Assembly (NCBI GenBank): GCA_907165135.1 | Contig: OU015570.1 | Span: forward strand, 1,881,929 to 1,945,928 | Direction of reading: 5' to 3' | DNA: 64,000 nt | Source of the DNA: Oikopleura dioica | Taxonomy: Eukaryota; Animalia; Chordata | Shown: piece after piece, positions 12,700 to 26,424 of the stretch | Numbering within the stretch: the first letter of the stretch is position 1 | Layout: every line of letters starts with the position of its first letter | The notes under the pieces: generated by a model | What the model saw: only the letters and a program-made list of their open reading frames with translations | The model's database searches: none | What the model was told of the DNA's origin: nothing | Translations under genes and position numbers: made by a program

Positions 12700-13580
12700 T
12701 TGAGAGAACCTACGTACCGCAATATGGATAAGAAACGAGAAGGAAACAATTATCAAACTCAACAACGACAACAACAAAATAAATACAGAATCGACGACTT
12801 GCGATTGGACAAATTAACATCGAGAGACACACTTGATTATCTGCCACAATGGTTCAGAGCAGCACTTTTTTCACTTAACCTGCAAAGCTTTTCGAAAATT
12901 GACGAAAAGAGATGCTGCGGACTGCTGCTATCATCAATTGAAAATCGAGAAGTAAAAAAAGGACTCACATCCATACTCCTTGGAAGTCTTAATCAAGGCA
13001 AAACAGTTACACTGAAATTATTCGAGAATGCAATCGACACAATCACTAGAAAAAGTTCAGAAGCTCGAATGAGAGACATTGAAACGACAAGGTATGATTC
13101 GCAACAAACACCAAGACAATTCTACCAAACGCTGGAAACCGAAGCATTCCTTATATTTCCATCGAAAAACGCAGCTAGAACATATACGGATCTCACATTC
13201 AAGAAGAAGATTATACCAGGCGACATTCTTTTTTAGCAACTCACATCAGAACTCTATGGAAACGCGCTAATACAAGCAGCTGAAGATTATCTGTCGCACA
13301 CAAAGACAGCTCAAATCAACAATCTTGATGGAAACGACGAGATGAATAGAAACCACAATCCCTACGATAAGCTCACACACAATGAGCAGATGGTCACCGC
13401 CAGAAGACTGTACTACCGTAGCAACGCCGACTCATACAGACAGTCCCATACGATGAGATTAAGCAACAATGGTAACGATGGATACGACCAGTACAATTAG
13501 GGACAAGTTCGATGCAAAAACTGTAATGGTCCCCACTACACCCAACAATGCCAAGTCAGATACCTGAACGGCGACTATTA
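12700..13580 (+). pseudogene. gag: E1 gag-like gene, decayed, with CCHC zinc knuckle
   Basis: 178-codon ORF directly after the PBS, followed by broken frames ending in GQVRCKNCNGPHYTQQC (CX2CX4HX4C) at ~13500-13555. Confidence 0.7.
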
Positions 13581-15212
13581 ATGACGAAGTTTTAAAGCAC
13601 CCTACTACTACTCAATCATTTACTTCAAATCGAATCAAAATCAATCAAGCCATCAACTATTACAAAACAAATCAGAAACATGCAGCAACCTAAGATGAAT
13701 GAGGAAAACTTGGAAAAACGATGAAGACGTAAACTCAATGAAATATCAGCAAGCTAAGACGATGTGTTTATTTCGCATAAAGGGACGCCTAGCGAAAAAA
13801 CACAAAGACGCAAAATTATATCAAAATGATGAACAAGAATGATAAATAATCCGCGCGATGAAGATGAGCGTTTAGATGGCTTACATATCTTTATGCTTCA
13901 CTCTTATACGAAACAGAAGAAAAACTTACAACTAAGAAGTTGACAACAACAAACTATCATAAAACTAGTACATTAATGGCACAGATGCCGTGCAAAGTGA
14001 AAATAAAGAAACTACGAATGGATCAAGGCCGATCTGAAGCAATTATATGAAGAGACTGTAGAAAACAATAATAACAGGGCTACTTCTTGACAACGACTTG
14101 AAGTCGAACAACAAATGAAGAAAAGTTTACGAAAAGATCTGGGATCTGAAGCTACAGAATCATCAAGTGACTCGAGACTGTAGCAATAATGAAGCACAGG
14201 AAAACTCATCAAATGAATTCAACAAGTTTCGATGCCGTGAAATTAAGAAAAAAAACAGTTACTTATCGCTACAATATGGAAATGTATCGATAACAAAATT
14301 TCTTTCGCACAAGTAGACGCCAGAAATGCGAGAGGAATCAAGAAAATGAAGAAGAATAAACAGAAGGTTTCAACCAAGCAAAAATGGGAAACAGAGACAG
14401 TGCTGGAACAATATGCGAGTTTAAATGAGCCGGAATTGTCACTTGACCAAAAAGAAGAGACAGTTCTCAAGTGAAAAACGAATTGCTTCGATCAGGAGGC
14501 AAAAACATGACTTTGACCAATGATGACAACGAAACATTTAGTAATGGGAAGCAACTGTGCACTTTGAAAATGACAGGACTGCTCCACCTGAATAGTAAAG
14601 AAAAGCCGGGAAAACTTAACTGGCTTGAAGGAAAACAAAGAAGAGACAACGGCAATAACAGAACTGTTTTCCTAACAAACCATCGATAAAATTATAAAAA
14701 AGTGATGTCGAAACTTGGAAGAGCAGAACCACAGGATGAATTATATGTGCTCTACCCTTAAGTTTTACGAAATAGCTCAATTACCGGAGAAAAATGTGCA
14801 CAGCTTGAAACTGCTAGTAACACTTGGAAATACTGATTGCTGAAGAGACATAATCAGATCAGGATCTCCAAGAAATGAAACCGACATTGAATGATACTTT
14901 GGTCACGACAGTATTGGATACTTATCAATAGACAACGTTGGATGGGATATCCGATTGGAAGATCAAAAACGATTTACCGGAACTATGGATCCTATTCAAC
15001 ATTTTATGAAGATCAAAAGAGTTTCAAAATAAACTCCACCAGACGTACAGACACTTAGAGTTTACAAATATCAGATCAGCGACCTACTAAAAGAAAAATT
15101 GAAGATTGAACACGCTGATGTTGTTTCTTGCCTTATTCATCAACGAATGCTGACTTAAGACAAAAACGAGAATTAAGAAAAATCGACTTTATTCTGATGA
15201 GATAACACAGTT

Positions 15213-15695
15213 TCAAAAATACAGTAACAACTGCTCCTCAACTTGACGACGGAAGGAGGTCTCCATGAAGGTCGACTCACACTGAAGATAAGAGCGGGAC
15301 AAGTGCAAACTCCGATCAAGCCACAAATCAAAGGCAGTTATCATCCAATAAGCTCGTGGTAATTCAACAGTAATCTTGTTTTCATTGTCATATCGCTGTA
15401 ACTCGCCGATTACTGAATCAGGTGCTCCGAAATGCGGCAAAACTCTATAATGTCGAAGAAAGCAACCAGCCTCATCTGGAGTAAGAAGTTCGACGCACAA
15501 GAATGTTTCGCAATAAATGCCGTATTGATGACTTGGAGCCAAACATTTCAAACAAACCAATTGACAAGCAACAAGCTCATCTGTAGACGCAACCCCGTCT
15601 GTAGAAGCAAAAACAGTGGCAACAAAATTATGACGTCTCTCCAACTCCGAATGACAGTTAGGAACTGTAAATTGCTCCAAAACCTGCGCCAGCAT
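15213..15695 (-). CDS. E1 antisense ORF, 160 aa, Cys-containing hypothetical protein
   Basis: ATG-started, protein-like composition (CLKC...HQYGIYC), antisense to E1 in its 3' half. No homology recognised. Confidence 0.4.
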   Translation of the reverse strand: MLAQVLEQFTVPNCHSELERRHNFVATVFASTDGVASTDELVACQLVCLKCLAPSHQYGIYCETFLCVELLTPDEAGCFLRHYRVLPHFGAPDSVIGELQRYDNENKITVELPRAYWMITAFDLWLDRSLHLSRSYLQCESTFMETSFRRQVEEQLLLYF

Positions 15696-15992
15696 TTAAT
15701 ATTCAACTTTCTTGAAAAATGAATATTCTGAAAATATTTTACGATAACTTCACGAAAAACTTCAAGAGGATAGAAATCAAACAGCGCCACTTTATCGCTT
15801 ATATAAGCAATTCACAAAATCATCGATGGACAGAAGCAAAGCGGAACGAACTGTAATAACAAAAATAATAAGCCTATTGTAACTCAATGGAAAAACACCG
15901 ACTGCACCAACACATTTGCGATCGCCAATCAACTCATTTCAGAAACACGACAATTGAGAAAGAACGAATTTATTAGATGCGAAATTCAGGAT

Positions 15993-16454
15993 TTAATCCA
16001 GGTCCAATGTAACAGTAAAAACTTCAAGCGAATCCAGAATTTTCGAACGATAAGAAGATGCCGCACCTTCATTCGCAGGCATGAATCCGGAACTTGGGTC
16101 CACCAGCGCCGCGCCCTGAAAAGTCGAAAATGAAAGCAAATCTTCTACTCCAGCTTCATCAAAATTAAATCGTTTCCAGGGCACATTCTCGAGAAGCTCT
16201 GGATAGCAACAGCAATATAGAGAAAAAGAGAATCTTCGAGTAAAATAATTACTTTCCACGTTGACCGATTCACAGATGATGAAGAATTCTCTATATCCAT
16301 TAGGAAATTGAATCTCGGCTCCCACTTTCCTAATAACTGTGACTTGAATCGACGAATGTCTCATAAACAACCGCATCAACACTTGCTCTCGACGAAACAC
16401 TTCTTCGTTATTTCGAGGAATCTCAAACTCAACCAAGTCAAAATGGAAACTCAT
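15993..16454 (-). CDS. E1 antisense ORF, 153 aa hypothetical protein (MSFHFDLVEFEIPR...)
   Basis: Uninterrupted ORF with globular-looking sequence, in an element whose sense ORFs are full of stops. Confidence 0.55.
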   Translation of the reverse strand: MSFHFDLVEFEIPRNNEEVFRREQVLMRLFMRHSSIQVTVIRKVGAEIQFPNGYREFFIICESVNVESNYFTRRFSFSLYCCCYPELLENVPWKRFNFDEAGVEDLLSFSTFQGAALVDPSSGFMPANEGAASSYRSKILDSLEVFTVTLDLD

Positions 16455-17703
16455 TTTTACTATTTTACAACTCAAAATTGAGGACAACTGCTCTACAATT
16501 CAACAACAAAGAACAATTGAATGGAATAGTGATCATAAGCGTACCAAGCCATCTCGGAAAACCAAAGAAGAAAACGGACTTAAATTACCTAAAACAACAA
16601 CCAAAGCACAGACGGACGAAACCTCAATAAAACACAATGAAGACAACAAGCGACTTGAATAATGACTTGATATGAAATCTTAAATCGGATATTATACAAC
16701 TTGAACCACGGAACTTGAACGAAAACCAACTGCACCAACAAGCTGAAGAAGACTTGAAAGCAGAATTTTGAAGCTCTAGGACTGAACCAACAAGCAAAAT
16801 ATAAGCCGATTCGATCAATTCATCAGCAAGGAAACCATTTCTTCTTTCGACAAAACGAGGTTATCATGGAAACAAAATCGACCGCGAATATAAAAACGAC
16901 TAAAATCGACAAACCAAAATTATAATTTCGAGAAAAATGAAAATGTAAAATTCAAATTCAATCCAAAATGATGCGTTATCACTTCGACCATATCCACTGA
17001 TACTACGCTGCGATTACTAAGTAAGCAAAAAGAATCCTTTTACTAAACTTGTTACTTGCGTGCAATTGAAAGGTTTCAACTGGGCCGCAAAAAGGACTCG
17101 ACAATTATTGGGGTCACTGAGGACCAAGTATATTGGGAAAAGTGAATGTCGAAAAAATGGCTGTACAGAAGGTTATAAAGGGTTGAGATTCTAGGTGGCT
17201 TGGCGATAGAGAGAGAGAGAAAATGGTGGCACCAAGGTGGTGCAGAAGGCGTAAAAGTGTGATGGATGGGACTGCCAATCTGGCAAGCGAGGTGGAACTG
17301 GTCAGAGTGGTCGCCGCGTAAGGTGTGCAGTGGGGCGCGGGCCGTAACTGTCACTAGAATTGTGACAAACGAGGAAATCGGCCTAGTTGGCACCACTTCA
17401 CCCCTCCTACAGATATATTTTTTGAGGGAAAAGATAACTTTATATACAGTAAGATTGTAAGTATTATAAAATCAGGATAAGGATAAAGATCAAATGAGAA
17501 CAAGAAAGTATGTCAAAAAGCGAATGTTTACAGTGATGCGCACTGATGTTTTGGCAGATAAGAATCGAACTCCCTGGGCACGGAGTAGGTCATAAAATTG
17601 GTTTTATTTACAGTGATTGAACACGAGAGGGTTGATAAGCGGCGGAAAGTCACATTCATTATCGAAAAATTCAAATCAGCAAATTTCCCATTTTAAACCG
17701 GAA

Positions 17704-18036
17704 ATGTCAAATTCTGCTAAGCTTTCCAAGGAAGCTAAACTGGCTTTGCTTGTCAAGCCAGAAGAAAAGAAGGCGATGAATATAGCGATTCGAGAGCGTC
17801 ACGGTGGACTTGCTCGAACAGCTGGGATGTCACTGAGTTTGTTGATGCGCATGGAGAATTTCAACATTGATGAGAAATACTTCACACTCGACTATCTCTG
17901 CCGAAACTTCCCGAACTTTTGCGCGAATGTCGACAAGGTCAACTGCAAGGAGCGCGAGAAGCGGCGGCTCAAAGAAATGGCAAGAAAGGCGGCGATTGGT
18001 CACCGATCACTTAAGGGAGTCAAGGGCGATATCTAA
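17704..18036 (+). CDS. E2 antisense ORF between env and 3' LTR, 110-aa basic protein
   Basis: ATG in gaaATGtca context; MSNSAKLSKEAKLALL...CRNFPNFCANVDKVNCKEREKRRLKEMARK; uninterrupted. Confidence 0.6.
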   Translation: MSNSAKLSKEAKLALLVKPEEKKAMNIAIRERHGGLARTAGMSLSLLMRMENFNIDEKYFTLDYLCRNFPNFCANVDKVNCKEREKRRLKEMARKAAIGHRSLKGVKGDI

Positions 18037-18520
18037 CCCCCGCTCCTACCAAAATTTCGTTTGAAAAAATAATTCTGTCCTAAAACTGTCTATTTTGGCT
18101 CTCAATTTCTAATAATTATTTGGCTTCAAATTACTTGTCTTTCGTTGTCATATTTCAATAGCAAAAAAACACGAGTCCCAAAAATGACTCAGAACTAAGG
18201 GAACATATTTAAGTTTTCCATGTTTATTGGCTTACTTAACACCTGTTCTTTGCTTGTGATTCACTTGAAAAAAAAAATGAGTAAGAAAGTCGAATCCCTG
18301 TCACTGAACTCATTTGAACCTTCGGTGCGAAAATAAATTTATATGTTTATTCCGAAATCAGGAAAACAAAAATATTTGACAGCGATCACAAGGAAAAAGG
18401 AATGATATCAATTCCTTTGTAGCCCACAAATGTGAGAAAAAAAATATCCCAAGTGAGAATGGGAAAAAAATTGTCGAGATTTTATTTTTAAGCAAAGATT
18501 GAACTTGTTGGACTAACAAG

Positions 18521-20149
18521 TCATAATAAGGGTCTCACATTGTTTAATTCGCCGCGAATTTTTATGACCGTTGTTTGCATCTTTTTGCATCCCAAAAAGA
18601 TGATTAGAGCAAAGGTAATGACAAGTGCTCCAGAAAGACAAGAATATGAAATAATTTGGCGCATAAGTTTGCTGTCAATTTGACTTAGGTTTAATTCAAT
18701 CGAATCAATTTCGGACGAGATTTGAGAAATGGTTAAGTTTTTCTCAATCTCTTCGATGTTCACCTCTTTGAAGTCAAAATCGAAATCAATCGTTTCTTTG
18801 ATTTCAATATTTATAGTACTGTTTATTTTCGGAAATGATGGCAAGTCAAGTATGACTGGATTGGGACCATGGCACGTGATAGTTCTTGGCTCATCTTCGA
18901 ATGGAATTCTACGATAGCCGGTGAAGGCGAGTGGAGCTTCTTCGAATCTATCGATAGCATCCTTAAAATTCATAGTGGCGCTTTCAGCAGCGAAAATGAT
19001 GGTGCCGCCCGAGGTGTGTGCCCATGTACATGACCTATGGGTCAAGGTTGTTTTGACATCGCACGTAGCGATGTCACGAAGACACGAATTTTGAATAATG
19101 GCGTCAATTGGGCATATATGTAAATCGTGGCTGATGAAGCAGGAGTTGATGTCTATTTCATAATTATTCTGACCCATTCGAATACCGTAGGGTTCCAAAA
19201 TCGGCTCCTCATGGTAAAATCGATTGTTTATTTTTGAAACAAGTCCAATATTGCGAATTCTAAGGGATCGTTGGCTCTCGTATGCGAGGATTGGGATTCG
19301 GAACCGGATATCCAGAATAATTGCTTCATCAGAAAAAACGACGTCGAGAAGCATTGGTTTAAAAGCGTCAGGAGTATTATATAAAAAATTCATACAAAAG
19401 GATTTACATTCATCTTATGAGAGATTTTGGCAGGATTTAAAACACGTTGCCTGAAAAATATTCATAAAATCAAGACTGAGTGGAATTGTACCGGTCAGTA
19501 GGGCGGTAACCTCTTGTTCAATATTAAGGATGTAGTCATCGATAACGAGGGCTGATTTTGTTTGCAAGATTTGTCTCACAAAATAATCAGATGACTGGCA
19601 AAGTTCGGAAACAAGATTCCCGAAATTGGCTTCCATTCGAGAACTTGACACTTGCAGAAAGCTCTGAGTTTCTTCAAGATTAGAAATTATAGTTTCGATA
19701 GCCAATTTATTTTTCAGGCTAAGCTCTTTCAAATCTTTTGATTTAGAGCTCGGGAAAAAATCCTTTATAAGTTTTCCTGCTTCCACTAGACCGGAAAATA
19801 TTGTAGCCGCGGCGGCAAGTGTGCTTCGGCGTTGTCTATTGACATTTATTTCCTCGATTTGGCTTTGGATCTCCCTAAGTTTCTCAATCCATTGCTTATT
19901 TACAAATTTTGGAATATCTTTCAAGAGGGCGCGGCGAGCGTCCTTGGAGCATCTTGATCTGGAAATTTCGAGAAGGGAATACTTCTCCTCCAAAGCTCTT
20001 TGATCTACATTTGGGGCTTGCTTGAAAACTCGAAAATTTTGTTCTGCTACGTCTTTAAAAAGAACCGTTCGACCTATGTCAGTGAGAATGACGCCGTTCA
20101 AAATTTCAAGAGAGTGTGTGAGATGCAAAATAAGGATTTCAAAAATCAT
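18521..20149 (-). pseudogene. env: E2 env, class I fusion glycoprotein-like, one in-frame premature TAA
   Basis: Hydrophobic N-terminus, furin site RQRR followed by fusion-peptide-like STLAAAATIFSGLV, heptad region, Cys-rich ectodomain, C-terminal TM. ORFs 19415-20371 and 18521-19393 are in the same frame, separated by TAA at 19415-19417. Confidence 0.85.
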
Positions 20150-20168
20150 TCTGAAAATTAAAGAAAAA

Positions 20169-23100
20169 TTAGTTAGAGAAAATGTTTTTATTGTTAAACA
20201 AAGAAAAGGAAATTTGAGAAAATAACAATGAATCGGGCAGACGGCGAATATGCATAATGTTACGGATGAGTTTCTGGCCATCTTTTGATGTGATTTGGTA
20301 GCTTCCTCCGCCCAAATTTTTACTGACTTTGCCGCAGGTATCGAAATTTCTGTATAATTTCTTGCTATCACCTATTCGCTGAGGCCGCCAAACGGCGACC
20401 CTATCTCCGATTTTAAGTTCGATACCTGGATGCTGCTCGTTTTGCGCCTCTAACCGATTCCGATGCTTACGAATTAAATTTGCATTAATCACACTGTGCC
20501 AACTACTGAGGAAATTTATGAACGAATATGGATCCCGGTCGTCATCGATTCCAATATTTGACGAAGCAAAAACGGGCAAAGCAAGTGGTTTTCCGAAAAG
20601 TGTCTCAGCTGGGCTTAACCCGTCGAGCGCAGAATGGGGTGTATTATTCATATAGAAGAGAAGTTCCGGAATTTCGCGACTCCAACTGTTTGAGTTCAGT
20701 TCCCTAATTTTAGCATGAACTCCTAGCTGGCGAAAACATCTCTCGATACGGTTGGACTTTGCCGTATAGGGACTTATATAAGATCTGTTAATGTGCAATT
20801 GCTTGCAAACAAAATCTGTCTGGCTGTTGCGCATATCCTTTCCGTTGTCGCTAATGCATTGGGCATTGTAGACATTAAATCGTAAAAAGAGCTCGCGAAG
20901 CGCCTGAGCGACATCTTCGCCGCTTTTAGTAGGAACTGGCACTGCCGAAATATATCGGCTAAAATTATCCATGCAACAGACTAAATATCTGTTACCATCT
21001 TGATCATGTGAGCCGAAATCGCAGATGTCTATATAGACTTTTGAAAATGGAATAACTGAGATTTCGGGGATTACTGGTTTCGCCTGTAATTTTGGACGCG
21101 CTTTTACTTGAATGCATTTTACGCAGTTATTAACTGTTTCGCGACAGATATCTTGTAAGCGAAAAATGTCGAATTCTCGTTTACAAATTTGTGCAAGTTT
21201 CTCTCGGCCAGGGTGGCCAAGAGTCGAGTGTAAAAATGACACTAATTCATGTGCGAGAACACATGGGAGAAGGATAACTGGTCGAGCTGTGATTTGTCCT
21301 TCGGACCGATAAACACCGTTTTTGTCCTTAGAAAGCGTCTGACTTTCAATCAATTTCTTGATACGTTCGTCTTTATTTTGAAGCCGTATGAATTCCTGGA
21401 AAGTATATCCAGTTTTATTGACAGTGAAAAAATGTTCACTTTGTCGTTTGGCACCCGCGCGGGTAGTCATATGCAAAACAGAACAAGTTTTGCGCTGGGG
21501 ATAAAGGCTTATTACTAGGGTAAATCACTAATAATTGAGCTTTTTTTTGGGCTTAGTAGGGTAGGCATATAATACCGTTTTAGAAAGCCCAGAAGCTGGG
21601 GATCATTTTGACTATTGATACCGGGGGGTGATCTTGTACCCTGAGGGCATTTAGGTACCTCCAAAGTCTCAAAATTTGGCCAATTTCAGAAATTTGAATT
21701 TTTGAGTGCCTGGACTGGTCTTTCAGAGCCAGCGACTATGCTAGAATTGTAGCCCAGGCTCTGACGGTCATTTTGAGATATAGAAAAATACTGACACCCG
21801 GGGGTTCCTGAGGAGCTAGAGGCTCTTGAAGTTGGGGAACTCGACAAAAAGTGAGTACTTTTTCATAAAAAGTACAGCATTTGTGTCACAAATGCCTTCC
21901 AAAGGCTTTTTATCTATGTTTCTTCATTAAAAAATGTTATAAAAATTATTTGGGGTCATCTGAGGTCACTTTAGGTCAGAAATTTTGAAAAATTTAGAAA
22001 ACTGTCATGAGTGACCTAATCTTACCTCGGATGAACCCAAATGATTTCTTTAACATTTTTCAATGAAGAAACATAGATAAAAAGCCTTTGGAAGGCATTT
22101 GTGACACAAATGCTGTGCTTTTTATGAAAAAGTACTCACTTTTTGTCGAGTTCCCCAACTTCAAGAGCCTCTAGCTCCTCAGGAACCCCCGGGTGTCAGT
22201 ATTTTTCTATATCTCAAAATGACCGTCAGAGCCTGGGCTACAATTCTAGCATAGTCGCTGGCTCTGAAAGACCAGTCCAGGCACTCAAAAATTCAAATTT
22301 CTGAAATTGGCCAAATTTTGAGACTTTGGAGGTACCTAAATGCCCTCAGGGTACAAGATCACCCCCCGGTATCAATAGTCAAAATGATCCCCAGCTTCTG
22401 GGCTTTCTAAAACGGTATTATATGCCTACCCTACTAAGCCCAAAAAAAAGCTCAATTATTAGTGATTTACCCTACTTATTACTGTATTACTGACTCCGCG
22501 GTCATCAGTACAGGGATCGAGATGCTCATCTGAGCTTGGCATGTGTATTCTGCTTAACGCATCAGCGCAAATAAGTTTTTCATCAGTGTTTGGTACATGA
22601 ATAATCTCAACATCAAATTTGCTTAATCTGTAGTAAAGATTCCGAATTCTTATTGGCTGGCGTTCATTTTCACTTTTTTCGCGCAAAACATTGATAAGTG
22701 AAAAATGGTCCGTATATACAGTCACCTTGTACCCAATACAAATATATTCGAAATATTCTAGTGCGGATACAACCCCGATAAACTCCTTGTAGCGCGAAGC
22801 CAGTTTCGTTTCAACTGGTTCAAGGGCGCGACTATAGAATCCCAAAGTCTCGAGCTTGTTATTTGCATCTTTCTGATACAGTATGGCACCGATGCCTGTA
22901 TCTGAAGTATCGCAACAAAGAACCAGGGGTTTCGAAGAATCCCTATGGGCAAGTGTGGTCACGTTTTTCAGGTTGCGGATGAAGTACTCGAAAGCATCGT
23001 TTTCAACCTTTCCCCAGGAAAAAGTTTTTTCCTTGCTTCCAGCGACCTTGTATAAGGGGGAGAGAATTCTAGCTGCGTTCGGGATTAACTTAATATAATA

Positions 23101-24765
23101 AGTTATCAAGCCGCAAAAAGGACGTAATTCCCTTTTTGTTCTTGGCTTTGGGTAATTTTCCAGTGCCGATATTTTTGACCTTAGGGGCCTTAGGCCCTTT
23201 GCCGATAATTCATACCCCAAATACTCTATTTTCTCCTTCGCGATGCAAGTTTTTTTCCCTTTCAAAACTATTCCTTGTTGGCGGCATCTTTCGAAAAATT
23301 TAGCAAGAATGTCAAGGTGGGTTTGAAAATCATGATGAACGAAAATCACATCATCAAGCAGAACAAATACCCCTTCTAGGCCATCAACAACCCTCGCCAT
23401 CAATTCGCACCAAGCCGCGGGCGCATTACGTAACCCGAACAAGCAGCGCTCGGCAACAAACTGATTACCATGATGAGAAAAGGCCACTTTGTGCTTGTCC
23501 TCGGGGCGCATGGCCAACTGATTAAATGCCGAACTTATATCCGTACAACTAATAAATATTTCCGCCCCTTCCCCTGCCGAAATAACCTGCCCGACCTCGC
23601 TTAGCAAGTCCGACAAGATGGGAACTGGCCAACGTGACGGTTTAGTCACCTCATTGACCCGCCGACAGTCGAGCACGGGGCGGACTTCGCCGCCTTTTTT
23701 AGGAACAAAAAATAAGGGGATGTTCATTGGCGATGCCCCTTTGCTGACTATACCCCCTTCTTCCCAGTCTCTCATTTTCGAAAGCGCCTTTTCTCGAAAA
23801 GCAGGCTTGATTGGTCTGGGTTTTTCGTAATAATTCGCATCAGTGTCAATGAAATCGATCCCAAATTGGAAGTCTTTGATAAAGCCAAGATCTAACTCTG
23901 AATTTGAAAATCTATCACAATATTCCGCAAGTAGATCCCATGCTTTCGAGCGCTTTGACTCCTCCAAATTTCCGATTTGGACTTCCAAATAGGCCTTTGA
24001 CAAATGAGGCTTGAATTTCCTATTTCGCAAGGTTTTTGCTTTTTCGAAATTCTCGCGATGTTCCGGGTCTTTCTTTACGGAAATCAATGTATTTGTCTCT
24101 AATTGGCCATTTTCTGCCAGAACTGGCTGCGCGCTCGCGACCGGAATGTTCCCGGGCAAGTGAATAGGAAACGGAAACGGGTTGTAAAGCTGAATTCGGA
24201 CTAGATCTGACTTACTGTGTATCGACTGACAGACCACAACAGATTCCTCTTTCACAAAACCAGAATCTGGTTCAGTCACTAGAAAATCGCCGTTACACTT
24301 TTTTGGTACTCTGACATGTATGTGATTGATCATAAGAGGCTCAAGACAGTTTTCCTCAGTCGAATACAAAGAAAAGGCTGACTCAGGTTGAGAAAGTGTG
24401 ATTTTCCTGTCATTTATTAGCGCGGTGCCTTTTTCAGAATCAATCGAAAGTTTTTGCATACAATCCATGCCAATTATTAAGTCGCAACTTATTGGGGCTA
24501 TGTGAAACCAGAAATTCAAGATGTCACCTTCGGGCAATTTAATCGGGACCAGGACTTTTTTTGTTATTTTTAACGTACTATTATTTGCAACAATGACTTC
24601 TCGCTCTGAATGAATCATGCGTGCGTTCTTGAAAAAACGTGAAAATTTTGAATTAATTAGGCTGATATTGGCGCCACTATCGATTAAAGCGCGGACTGAT
24701 TGGTTGAAAATAGAGCACTTGAATTTGGGTAACAGTGTGATAGAGAAGCTGGTTTGGCAAAATAG
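20169..24765 (-). CDS. pol: E2 pol (PR-RT-RNaseH-IN), split by a hAT MITE
   Basis: ALIDSGA protease, VLLDDV RT, CCDTSD RNaseH, H-H-C-C plus YIDICD / SDNGKD / IERCF integrase. Excising 21516-22474 plus one TSD restores one frame (NTVISLYPQRKTCSVLHMTTR). Confidence 0.93.
21516..22474. mobile_element. hAT-type foldback MITE (959 bp)
   Basis: TAGGG...CCCTA ends, 8-bp TSD CTTATTAC, ~430-bp near-perfect TIRs. A related end is present at ~6092-6145. Confidence 0.93.
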
Positions 24766-25935
24766 TCATTCGGAGGAAGAGGCCTTCTTTTCCTTGACAA
24801 TCGGGCAATCCGAGAAAAAGTGAAGTTTTTCAACTCCTGTGATCTCGAAACAAAGCCGGCAACGGGGCGCTTTTGGCTTTGACTTTTTCTCGGCTTTCAC
24901 GTGATTGGCGGACAGGAGCCTGTCCATCTTTTCGGAAAACGTTTCCTGCATTGTGTTTATTGCCTTTTCCTGGCAGTCAAGGCGGACTGTCAGCGAGTCC
25001 ACTCGCTTTTCTAAACGCGAAAGGTCCTTTATTTTATCACACTCACTCATTCGGTGGCTTCCCCCACAAGCGAAACAACGCATATCTCGTGCTACATTGC
25101 ACATTTCCGAGTTGTCACTTTGAAAAATGTCTGGAACATTCCGTGCCAGAAAAGGGTAGTTATGTTCAATGTCTCGGACAATGCGGAGCATTCCACTCAA
25201 ATTATTTGGGGTGGGACTGCTCCGTCGCATGGCCTCGAAATGCGAAAAAAAAGCATGCCCCATTAGCTGGTAAAATTTTGTTGAGATGATTCTCTGCTGC
25301 TGGGCGGGAGTCAGTGTGGAGAAACCGATAGATGGCGCTCGCAAGATTATTGTGAGTCTTTTCAGAGCATCACTTACTGACTCGGTCGGTTTTCGCGCGA
25401 AAGTATCATAAAGCCGCGAAGCTTTGGCGTCAAGGCCGAAAGTTGCCCGCACTCGTTCTTTGAAATTTTCAAAAGTCGATATATTTTCGAACGACATTTC
25501 GTCGGCGTGCTGAGGTGCTATTTTAAGATACGCAATAGTGAGAATATCATCGAGAGTCCAGCCGAAAACGGTGGAGGCTCGTTCGAGCGAAGTGAGAAAA
25601 TTCTCAGTTTCGTCGATTGATTTACTTGTAAGAATTGGAATATTCCTACTCTCTTTCTGAAGTTGAAAAGCCGACTTGGACAATTTGGGTCCCGAAAAGT
25701 CAGTTTTCAAAGACTGCTCGGACAAATCCGCTCGCTCAAATGAAGACCTAAAAAGGTCAGCATTGATTAATGGAGTTCCGTCCGAAGCAAGTCGGAAGCC
25801 TTTTTCCTTACAAAAATCGCCCACTCGATCCAATCTCTCTTGATTGGTTCCAGTTCGCGACAAGGAGTACTTCGTTAAAATAGCGGTAATTTCTTGGTCC
25901 GTACATTCTGTGATTTTTTTAGAAGTATTATCCAT
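24766..25935 (-). CDS. gag: E2 gag, 389 aa, CCHC knuckle
   Basis: CFACGGSHRMSEC knuckle plus a second Cys/His motif; ends in TGA followed by CTA, in frame with pol. Confidence 0.92.
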   Translation of the reverse strand: MDNTSKKITECTDQEITAILTKYSLSRTGTNQERLDRVGDFCKEKGFRLASDGTPLINADLFRSSFERADLSEQSLKTDFSGPKLSKSAFQLQKESRNIPILTSKSIDETENFLTSLERASTVFGWTLDDILTIAYLKIAPQHADEMSFENISTFENFKERVRATFGLDAKASRLYDTFARKPTESVSDALKRLTIILRAPSIGFSTLTPAQQQRIISTKFYQLMGHAFFSHFEAMRRSSPTPNNLSGMLRIVRDIEHNYPFLARNVPDIFQSDNSEMCNVARDMRCFACGGSHRMSECDKIKDLSRLEKRVDSLTVRLDCQEKAINTMQETFSEKMDRLLSANHVKAEKKSKPKAPRCRLCFEITGVEKLHFFSDCPIVKEKKASSSE

Positions 25936-26424
25936 TGCTAAAAAGTGCACTTGAAGACCCAGCTCTTGTTTGCTCAGTTAAAAGCGAGTTTTCAGAATGC
26001 TCGATGAAACGTGGAAGATACCCTTAATACTAAGCTAAATTTCTGCCTAAGGCTTATCGAAGTTTGAAAGATTCAGTTTCAACAAAAAGGATTCTCGATC
26101 TAACGATTCACCCTTAAGATTCGCTGAAAATCACGCACGACGTAATGCCTGATATCCCCTTAAGATTTGGCAATTTTTAATTGAAATTGCTGATTTGACT
26201 TTTGGGGACTAAAAGTGGGTACTTTTTAAAGTGAGAAGAGTTTTAACAAGAAAAGGGTTGAAACTACTTAGAAATGGGTGCAAATAAAACCTAAAGATAG
26301 AATACCCAGAATACAAACAAAATGGCGCGGCGAAAATCGTTCCAAAACTGGCAATGGCAGATGGTGACGTGGCCTAATCAAGCCGTTGCTCCGAAGTTGT
26401 CTGCGTGCGAGCTTTTGTAGCTAG

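Noticed and set aside
13600-15200. pol gene in E1
   Set aside because: No protease, YxDD, RNaseH or DDE motifs seen in any frame; only broken coiled-coil-like frames.
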